A stretch of DNA of 64,000 nucleotides from Antedon mediterranea (Eukaryota > Animalia > Echinodermata), in contig NC_092679.1 in the NCBI RefSeq assembly GCF_964355755.1, positions 15,607,432 through 15,671,431 on the forward strand. The letters run 5' to 3'. Shown piece after piece: positions 11,872 to 21,900 of the stretch. Under the pieces are notes generated by a model. The model made no database searches. It was not told the DNA's origin and saw nothing but the letters and a program-made list of their open reading frames with translations. Position 1 is the first letter of the stretch. Each line of letters starts with the position of its first letter. The translations under genes and the position numbers were made by a program.

Positions 11872-14800
11872 TTACTCCAGTTCATCATCTTCAGCCAATG
11901 AGGGTGCTATTGTTGATGAACCTGAAGCTGATGCTGCTGCAGAAGCTGCTGCTAATCTCTGTAGAAAGAAATGAACAGAAATTAGTAATGTATATCTTTG
12001 TTAATCTCTGTCTACACTATCAAACTCGTTTGACAAAAAAAGTGTGATGTGCCCAAATATGGTAGTGATATGCCCAAATATGGTAGCGATATGACATCAT
12101 CATGTTCATATATGGGCTCATCACATTTTTTGTCACATAAAGTTTGATAGAAGACAGAGCTTTAAGACACTAAGAAAAATAGATTTGGTCCTTGTAAGAA
12201 CCAACAACCACCAATTAAGAAACTTGGTACCATGCCATTAAACCAGTAATTTGAATTTATTAAGGTTGAAATACCTGACTAGTTCCTGGAAGTTTCTGTA
12301 TCAGCATCTGGAATACTTGAGGTGGAAGTGTTTGTTGTAGAACTTGTAAAAGTTGCTGTGGCTGTCCACATACTGCAACAGCATTACTCAAATGGTCTAC
12401 ACCATTATCAAAATCGCCTGCAAAAAAATTAAAAACAAGATAAACCTTATTGTTATGCTTGCTTACACTTACAGCTGAGTGTATATTAAGCTCTGTTTAC
12501 ACTATCTAACTAGTTTGAAAAAAAAATTTGATGTGCCCAAATATGGTAGTGATATGACATCATCATGTCCATCTATGGCCACATCACATTTTTTTTCACA
12601 TAAAGTTTGACATTGCAAGTCTACAGAGCTTTACACAGGATTCTCTGTGCTGCATCTCCACACATGGCATTATTTGCATCATATTACAGACAAATTCTGT
12701 AAGTGTCACACTGTATCACATGTAGCACCTTATGGCCTATGATGACCGGGGTAACATGTGATACATATGTGATACAGTATTACAAAATATGCCTATGATA
12801 CTGGAAAATGATAGATACAGTACTGAGAAGTTGACGCATAACATGAATAAAAAGAACACAGTAAATATTATAAAAAATTATTATAAGGTTAAATGGGTGT
12901 TTTTGTGCTATAATGGTAATCTAAAATAGCAATAGCCCATTAATCTACAAAGCTCTGTCTATAATATCAAACTTTATGTGACAAAAAAATTATGTTCCCT
13001 TATATGGACATGATGATGTTAAGTCATTACTATATTTGGACACTTAATGGATGTAGTGGAGGTGTAGCTTGGTGGTTAATGTGCTTGCCTCCCAATCCCA
13101 AGGTCCTGGGTTCAATCCTGACCTGGTTTCAGGGTTGTAACTCATGACTCTTACAACTCCACTCCCTAAGCCTCAAATGAGACTTAGTTTATAAGCACGA
13201 TAAATTATTAAATAGTTTCTATCCTGTAATTGGCGAGTTACGCTGTTGGATGAGTATGAACAAAAAAAAATCACACTATTTTTGTCAAACTAGTTTGATA
13301 TTGTAGACAGAGCTTTATGAATAAATATATTCATGTGCTGAAAGGTATATTTTAACGAGGCAGAACCGAGTTTTAGATTGATGGTTTCAATGCTCGCCTA
13401 CGGAGGTTCTGGGTTCAAATCATTTCAGATGTCACAATTTTTTCTTCACAACATGTTTAACTTCATCCTAGAGATTGTTTCAAAACTTTTTGTAGAGCAT
13501 CTTGTGTTTCCGTGAATCACAGACCATGCAGCGCAAGAAAACCATATCATCGATTGGGAAAAAATTCTTGACAGACTCTAACCCATTCAAGCGTAGAATC
13601 AGAGAGGCAATCCAAATCAGAAAGAGAGGGACTAACGCAATCAACCGCGACGAAGGGGCTGTATATCTCGATCACGTATACACATCACTGCTACGAAAAA
13701 GTATGACGTCACCTAGAAACAATAACAACAGATTTCCAGGAAGTAGTAGTGGACCGGATCACTTGTGATCAAGCCATCAGCCAAGATGGCGAAAGCTAAA
13801 GAATGTGAGTAATTTCTTTTGGATTTGTCAAGCAAAATGATTTATTTATATGCATCTTGTGTTTGTTTGCCTCTGTTATGGTGACTTTAACCCCTGCCAA
13901 TCCTTGACTGTGCCTGAGAGAAAAATAATAAAGTAGACCGGTAAATCTATATTACCTTGTGCAAGAAGTTCTTCTCCTAACTGTACCTCATCAAGGAAAA
14001 ACTTCTGGACTGCCTCAGGATTTTGCAAGTCTGGTAACTAGAAATAAATAAGAAAATGCAGTGAATAAAATGAAGCGGAGTTGCGCAATTGATGTTTCAT
14101 GGATATTTGTAGGGAATCATTTGAGAAGCCAACTAATTTAGATTGATGAAATGTTTTATTATATAGGATAGGAATAATGTTGATTGTAATGCAATGAATT
14201 TGTTTTTTGTCATGCCGTTGAAATTATCTAGAAACTTTTTACCGCAATTCAGTTTGTAACTGCAAGAAAAATAGTTTTGACTTTCTTTTTATTTAATGGA
14301 ATATAAAGATAACTTGATATATTTGACTCAGCATCAACTAGGCCTACTACTAAGTTCAATCACTGTATAAAATAATTTGTAACTTCACTGTTGTGAATTA
14401 TCATCCTATTGAATGCTTTTTATAAAACAAAAGCAAACTTGTTTAATTTAACAATTTTCTTTAAAAAAATGATACAAAGTTTGATTTAACTTTAACTTCC
14501 GAAAAACTTACCTCACTTTGCTGACTGGCCTTTGAAGTGGGCTTGGTTTTTGCTTTCTGAGCTCTTTCTATGTAAAGAGAAAATTATTAAACTTGTTTTT
14601 ATAAATAACAACGCTAGCATTGAGAATTACTAGCCTACCTTGGTTACTGCTACTTACTAGGCCTAGTACACTATAGTCTTTCCTAACTAGCTAGCTAGAG
14701 AGGTAGGTAATTAACTAACTAATAAAAGTAAAACCTTTCTTTTTTTTTATTATTATTTTACAAATATAAATACGCATAACTTAAGAAAATCATTGTGTAA

Positions 14801-15133
14801 TTGGAATTTTTTAAATTGAATCTTTTTGCAAATAAAACATAACTAGGCTAGTCTAGCCTAACGGAAATAGGCCTACAGTAGGCTAGTAGGCTAGGCCTAA
14901 CTCAATTAATTTCTTCAAGCTGACACCACCATCACCGCCTCCTGCACTGCATCATCATCACCAGGCAGCACCCACAATCTTTCGTTTGGCTCACACTTAC
15001 TTTCTTTCAACTTTTGGCGAAAATCTGGGGCACTTCGCCTTTTCCTATCGAAATAAACACAGTATCCCAGAAATATAGAACCTGCTATTCCAGCTATAAG
15101 GCCTACAGCAGCTTTAGAATTCATTATTAACAT
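11872..15133 (-). CDS. TOMM20: Mitochondrial import receptor subunit TOM20 (5 exons, ~166 aa)
   Basis: Exons 15133-15001, 14567-14512, 14037-13956, 12417-12275, 11958-11872; all GT-AG and in phase. Motifs: GYCVYFDRKRRSAPDF, LPDLQNPEAVQKFFLDEVQLGEELLAQG, HLSNAVAVCGQPQQLLQVLQQTLPP, C-terminal LAEDDELE*. An alternative start ATG lies at 15124. AATAAA (minus) at 11334-11339. Confidence 0.96.
12003..12162. mobile_element. Harbinger/Tourist-like MITE family A (~150 bp)
   Basis: Family TIR AAGCTCTGTCTACACTATCAAACT / AGTTTGATAGTGTAGACAGAGCTT with TWA-like flanks. Core GATGTGCCCAAATATGGTAGTGATATGACATCATCATG. At least 6 copies in the window. Confidence 0.8.
12488..12631. mobile_element. MITE family A copy
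   Basis: Same TIR and core as 12003-12162, same orientation. Confidence 0.8.
12949..13315. mobile_element. MITE family A copy (opposite orientation) interrupted by a tRNA-derived SINE at ~13050-13265
   Basis: MITE halves at 12949-13043 and ~13270-13315. The insert begins with A box TAGCTTGGTGG and B box GGTTCAATCC. Confidence 0.7.
13510..13851 (+). mobile_element. 5'-truncated Penelope-like retroelement (GIY-YIG C-terminus + pLTR) in TOMM20 intron 3
   Basis: Frameshifted ITDHAAQENHIIDWE / DSNPFKRRIREAIQIRKRGTNAINRDEGAVYLDHVYTSLL, typical of the Penelope endonuclease end. A 13-bp direct repeat GCATCTTGTGTTT flanks it at 13497-13509 and 13852-13864. Confidence 0.85.
13762..13801 (+). ncRNA. 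Minimal type I hammerhead ribozyme, G3:C8 core variant
   Basis: CTT-GTGATCA-A-GCCATC-agccaa-GATGGC-GAAA-GC-TA-AAG: stem I CTT/AAG, 6-bp stem II, palindromic AGCT stem III. Sits at the end of the Penelope ORF. Confidence 0.7.
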
Positions 15134-15954
15134 TTTTATTTTTCTTAGGCCCAACACATGGGCAGTCTTCCGAAAAGTTTTACAGGTACTAACTAAATTT
15201 CGCCTAAAACATTTTTGTATAAGAGAAACAGTACTACGTAACCATGGTGGACCGCAAAATATACGTGTTTTAGTTGGTGCGTTGTTTAATAAGCACATGC
15301 TTTATTATGCTAATTTAAAGGTCAAAGTTGGTTATACTTAGCAACATCCCAAACTCATTATAAACAGGCAATGGATAGATCAGATTCAGGTGTTGTTTTT
15401 GCCTAAAATAAAATCAAAATTCCTGTGATACGTATGTAAATATATTCCACTTGTCGAAAATACAAAATGTAAGAATTTTTAGTCGAATTCGAATATCAAG
15501 TGATGAGCTAGGATAGTAGTAGCTAGGCCAGGTAGTTTTTAGTTAGAAAAAGGCCACCACCACCAGACCAGTTCTTATAGTACTGTAGCTAGAAGATAGA
15601 TAGTCTTGTAGGCCAGGCTATGCATAATTTTTTTTAAGACAGGGCTTTGTCTTTTTAGTAGCCTACTTGAAGAGGTTAACGGCATGTGCATGTAATTTAT
15701 GGTTATTAAACTTCTTATTATAAACTAAATCTTGACAGGCCTACCGCAATTAATGACATAATCAAAATTCAAGATATAAATGTTCCTTTTTTTACACTAT
15801 ACCATGACTATACGTACAACATCGACCACCATGCTGATACAAAAATAATAAAATGCACGTTAAACCAAGAAGTTAGGTTTCTTTTTACTAACAAAATACT
15901 CAAATGAATAATGTGATCATTGATTTTTATTCAGTAAATTATTAGAGGGCATCA
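15134..15954. promoter_or_regulatory. Probable bidirectional promoter and 5' UTRs shared by TOMM20 and the SPRY-TIR gene
   Basis: The two start codons diverge ~820 bp apart. An acceptor TTTTATTCAG at 15925-15934 just before the SPRY gene ATG implies a non-coding first exon upstream. TSSs cannot be determined from sequence. Confidence 0.55.
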
Positions 15955-18900
15955 ATGGACGGTTTTCACTACTCGGAGAATATCCAACAAGGAGAGGGAG
16001 ATGGTGATGTTGTCATCGTTCCTGATCTTTCAGACAAATCCCAGCATTGGGTTTACGCCCAGTCTACCACGGAATGCCTGTCAGAAGAAAAACCATATTT
16101 TATGGTGACAATTGTTGAATTAGGTATCAGTGGTATTATCATAGTAGTGGTACTGTAGCTTGGAGGCTGAAATTGAAATAATCCAAGGTCCTAAGTTCAA
16201 ATTCTGCCCCAGTACCATGATTTTTCTTATGATCAAAACAACACCACTACCTACTGTAAAACCTTGCACATGATATTTTAGCTCTAAAAAATTATTGATG
16301 GATATTGCTTGTCCTGGTGGTTAACACATTGACTGCCAAGCCATTTTCCGTAATTTCTGTCCCAGTGCCAAGTCCCGTTTACATATTAAATTACAGTTTG
16401 AAAGTGTAACATCTGGTCATATATCTGACCCCCATCCTCTGACCCACCCTATCATCGAGAGATAAAAACAGTAAACCACACTGAATCATTTCATCCTTTA
16501 TTATTTTTATTTACTATTAGCGCAATTTATGACATGTTTGAGATGATTATATTGAGTGTGAGGGCGCCATCGTATCAACCATATTCAATGCATGAGGGAA
16601 TAAACACAAACAAACATATGACATTTATTTTTAGATTATCGTTTACGTACATCATTCATAAACTGCCATGCTATAATTCCTGTTCCAATCACCACTGCCA
16701 GCGATTCTACATACAATACAAAAGTGCTACGATTTTGACGTAGTATTACGTCTTGGCAAGTAGCGACACGCAATTTTTTACGTATAAATACGCCGTGGCA
16801 GTGAACGTGTTAAATAATAGTATAGAGAAGAATGCATGATTTTTTATAAATTTTTTTATATAATTATAAAAATGTATATCCATTATTTTCAGCAAAAGAT
16901 GCCACTGTTGCTCTTGGAATCGGTAGCGAGACATACCTAGATACCGACGATAAAGATGACGAAGAAACACCGCAAACGATAAAGAAGAAGTTTTCAATGG
17001 CATATTTTAGCGATGATGGCAGTATAGCAAATCCAGCGAGATCAAGTGTATCGGAAATGGCTCCTACTTACAAAAAAGGTAAAAAAGACAGAACCCATAT
17101 CAACAGTGTCCAGTTAATACGACATAATATATAGGCCTACAGTATTATAAGATGACAGCAATTTTAACATGGTATCATTATTATTCATATCATATTCATA
17201 TTTGCTTTATTTTAGGGGATAATGTGGCTTTGTTGTTGGACTATCTTGACAACAAGCGAGCATTAGTTTCGTTTTTGAAAAATGAAGAAGTTGTTTTTCG
17301 ACAGTGGATGAAAAAGGAGATTTTACTACCCACCATCAATGTCTGGTGGGGGTCGGCAGAACTCGGTGTCACATGGTCTTCTGATTTAGCAGCCATACCT
17401 CAGTTTGATTGTGTAAGCTATGACAATAGATAAAACTGAAATACTGAATCATGATATTATTCAGTTATGCAATAGTTAATATACATCTATCCTTATCACT
17501 AATAATAGGTTGTTTTATTAGGCATATCGGATTGATCTATTTTGAGGTCACGACCTAGCTTTTTGATCTACTGTTTCTATCTGAGCTGTGCTAGTAGATC
17601 TTTTGTGAGCAATTTAAAAAAGTCGAGTGAATAGAGGGGTTTCGCAATCTTACGAATACGATAACGAAAACAGATACGTCACGCACACGTATTCGTTTTC
17701 GTAAGCCATAAAAAAATCTGTTTCGCATGGCAACGAAATATTGAGGCGCGTCCAAAATATGACTGCGGTAAATTTGAGCAAAGCGCATGTACGTGTTGCT
17801 TGACTGCCTAGGCCTAGCGTAACATCAAAGCGAGTGAGGACTTTAAAAACTGCTATTTATCAAAATTTACTTGGCATTTTAGTAAATTACTTTAGTAAAT
17901 TACTTTCAATAAATCTATAATTATATTATAATCATGAATCATTCCTGATTCAAATGCAAAATGTGCAAATAGATAAAAAACTATACTCGTTTTGTAGTTA
18001 CGAATATGACTGGTGATATTCGTCAACACGAATACGCTTTACGAATATGAAATGGGGATCAGCTCAAAAGTTTCACAAATGTATGACGTATCCGTTATCG
18101 TATTCGTAAGGTTGCGAAACCTCCCTATTTAAGAAAGTCGAGTCATTTACACCTATTGACTCAAAGCAAATTTTAAACCATCATCAATCAAATTGTGTTT
18201 AAAATTACAAACAATAATGCTTTTTTTCTTAATTTTTTTCAGGAAAATCTTTCCCAGTGGTCAATGCCAGACTTTGTGAGTGTAGATGACGATACATTCC
18301 ACATGAAGTCTGCCTCTGGACCTGCTGCTCTCCAGTCCCCATGCCCATTCGTAGAAGGTAACTAATTTACATTTTACCTTGGTTACCACAAAATTCAAAC
18401 CGTTGCTTTCACGATGTGCTGATATAGCTTCCTCTACACTAGACATACGACATCAACAGTGCCGATAAAAAAAAAACCAAATGCATGTTTCATTCCAATG
18501 AAGTCAAGAATTGAAAATTCTTCTACAGGAATAGGTGTCGCCTAAATAGGGGTTTGCCATAATGATATAGATATTGACTTTTCATTGCACAGGAAAATGT
18601 TCCCTGAACAGGCTGTCCCAAAGGAGGGAATCTAATGATGCTTAACTCGTTTTCCCTCATTTTGGTATATCAAATAATAATTCTACTTTTTGTCACTACA
18701 GATACCTACTATGAGATTACACTATGTAACATGGGAGAAGGTGTTAAGCTTGGACCTGTGATAGGCCTAACATCTGCTTACATTGAAGAGGACGAGTTGC
18801 CAGGAAATACGACTGGAGCTATCGGATATAGCGCCGTAGATGGTGCAATTATGTGTGAAACAATGTTTAAAGGTAAGCACAAAAGAGACGGGAATCGTCG

Positions 18901-21900
18901 AAAAGGTTGGCCCATGGTTAGAGGCGCAATTAAACAAGTTGAAATTGTTTACATTATGTATGGCAACTTCTTTACAATGTAAAAAATGTAGCTACTAGGG
19001 AGTTTTCGCAACCTTACGAATACGATAACGAAAACGGATACGTCACACATTTGTGAAACTTCTGAGCTGATCCCTATTTCATATTCGTAAGGCGTATTCG
19101 TGTTGATGAATATCACCAGTCATTAACTAAGTCAGTAACAAAAAAACGAGTATAGTTTTTGATCTGTTTTGCACATTTTGCATTTGAATCAGGAATGATT
19201 CATGATTATAATATAATTATACTTTTATTGAAAGTAATTTACCAAAGTAATTTACTAAAATGCCAGGTCAATTTTGATAAATAGCAGTTTATAAAGTCCT
19301 CACTCGCTTTGATGTTACGCTAAGCCTAGGCAGCCGAACACCAAGCAACACGTACCTGCGCTTCGCTTAAATTTACCGCAGTCATATTTTGGACGGCGCC
19401 CTCAATATTTCGTTGCCATGCGAAAAACGAATACGTGTGCGTGACGTTTTCGTTATCGTATTCGTAATATTGCGAAAACTCCCGATTATTTATCTGTCCT
19501 CAACAATCGTAAAAATGTATCATCATATACAATTCACTGTAGAATGCATTCAGAGAGCCTTCATGTGCAACGAGGAGATCGAGGAGGAGACAATTATTGT
19601 TGATAGAAATAAAGTCAAAATATGCATTTAAAACTACGTGACAAAAAAATGCGATGTGCCCATATATGGACATGATGATGTCATATCACTACCATATTTG
19701 GGAACATCAAACTTTTTTTGTCAAACTAGTTTGATAGTGTAAACAGAGCTTTATACATGTTCAGTTTATCATTTCTTATTATGTCATTATCGATAGTCAA
19801 CTCTCCCAATATCGGACACTCTGAAAACTGTAAACTTCTCAAAACCAGACTTTCCATTTTACCATTAAAAACACATTTCAAATACCCGACTTTCTGGAAA
19901 ACCAGACATATTTGGAGAGTTGACCGTATACAGTATAATCACTCTCACTGGTGACCAGGATAACAACCAATAATATTATGTAATAAAACTATCTCTTCTC
20001 ATTGTAGTTCAAACACTTGGGAATGAAGCAAAATGTAAACAAGGTGATGTCATCGGATTAGGCTTGCTATTTGCCGACAAGAACATCACTGGAAGACGTT
20101 TAGAGCAGCCAGTGGTTGTGTACTTTACTCGCAATGGGGAGGTACTATTTCATCAATGCATTGATCAGCCTTCTGGTGGATTCTATCCAACTATTGGACT
20201 AGCTGCTCCAGGTATTTAAAACATTTAAATCATCTTTATCAATATTGTGATGTCATCATTGCTGTTATGATTATTATAATTATTGTATTCAGTTACTTTT
20301 GCAATTGAGTAAGGGCCACTTAGTGTTACTATTTTCCAGATATTGAAGTTTCTTATCTTTTTTATGTCATACCATGAATCTTTGTTTTACACTTATACAG
20401 AGTCTGTGGTGCGAGTAAATATGAAGGCAACATCACCAGATATACCTGAAGAGGAGGCATGGATAAAAGAGGCAATGAAACCAAAACCATTAACGTTTAT
20501 GGGTAAGTCATTTGTCAGGCATGTGCAGCAAGTAAAGTAGCAAGTTGGTGATATAGCATGATGGTAGTACGGTGGCATGATGTAGTGCTATCACATAATG
20601 TTAGTGCTTATAGTGTTTTGGCAGCCATGTGCCATGAAGGTGATGCTATAGCATGATGGTACTATAGCACTGTAGCATGATGTAGTGCTATTGCATAATG
20701 GTAGTGCTTATAGCATGATGGCAGCCATGTGGCATGCTATATAACATGATGTTGGTGCTATCACATTATAGTAGCACTGTGGCATAATGGTAGTGCTATT
20801 GCATGATGGAAGTGCTAATAGCATGATAGTAGCACTGTGGTACAAGGGTAGCACTGTAGCATGCTATAACATTATATATTTTAATTATTGTGTATTTAGG
20901 GTTTATTTTCCATTCACAGTTCTTGAGATGCCTAAACCTCACGATGTGACCCATGAAGAAGGTGAAACTACAGGCCTGTTCCGCTATCATGAACAAATTG
21001 GACCACCAACTGGGCAAGATTCAAGTACAATTAGACCCGTGGCTAATGTTGTAAGCGGGAAATTAATTCAGTTACAAAGGACGTTGACCCCAGAGGAACC
21101 TAGTTTTACAATCGAAATTACTGATGCAGGTGGGTTTGTGTGAAACAATGTTTAAACCTTGCTTGCCTACCCAAAGTTCTGGGTTCGAATCCTACATGAC
21201 AATGTTTCTTCTCAAATTTGAAGGGTTAAATTGTTTCTAACGAAAAATTTATCAAATACAATGTTATTTCTTTTTAGGGGAAAAAAGTATCATCAGTATG
21301 GGTGTTAGCAGAAGCAGGCAATCAGTTGGTTCAATGCCTGGCAAATTAACAGGAACTGCTGGCTACTATTCAGAAGGACAAATTGTACAAAATGGAGTTG
21401 GAAGCTCTAAAGCTGTGAAATATACTACAGGTAAAATGAATTATTCAAAGGATCTGACAGATCTGACTCCTTTTTCTAAAGTGTTGTATTCAGTATTTAA
21501 CTAGAGACTAGCAGCAGAAGTGATGGTAAATAGGCCTAACTTATTTGGCCTAGCTAATGACAATAGCCCCCAACAGGATTGGAAAAATTAAATATAATAT
21601 CTTAAATTTGAATAAACAAATGAGAAAAAGAGTAAAAAAAAAATTGTCCATACCGTATATTGGGATGCTGAATAGGGCCCATACAGTCTTCGTCTGGCTG
21701 TTAAATTTAATTAAAATTGTATGTCATAAGAAATGTTTTTGCAAGCCCAAGTATAAATTAATCTGAAAGTATAGTAGTAGTATTCGATAACTAAAAAATC
21801 CAACTTTGTTTAAAGCTCTGTCTGCACTAGTAGTAGTACTGTACTGTAGTTTGACAAAAAAATGTGTGGTGTGACATCATGTCCATATATGGTCACATCG

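Noticed and set aside
13055-13125. tRNA gene (also A/B-box fragments at ~13380, ~16160, ~21160, ~22245)
   Set aside because: Only degenerate A/B boxes with no complete cloverleaf. These are SINE heads.
14040-14510. Intronic snoRNA in TOMM20 (the vertebrate gene hosts one)
   Set aside because: I could not find a convincing H/ACA or C/D box structure by eye. An Infernal/Rfam search would be needed.
15134-15298. N-terminal extension of TOMM20 given by the ORF track (MCLLNN...)
   Set aside because: Homology and the signal-anchor begin at MLIMNSK (15133). The upstream part is promoter/UTR read-through.
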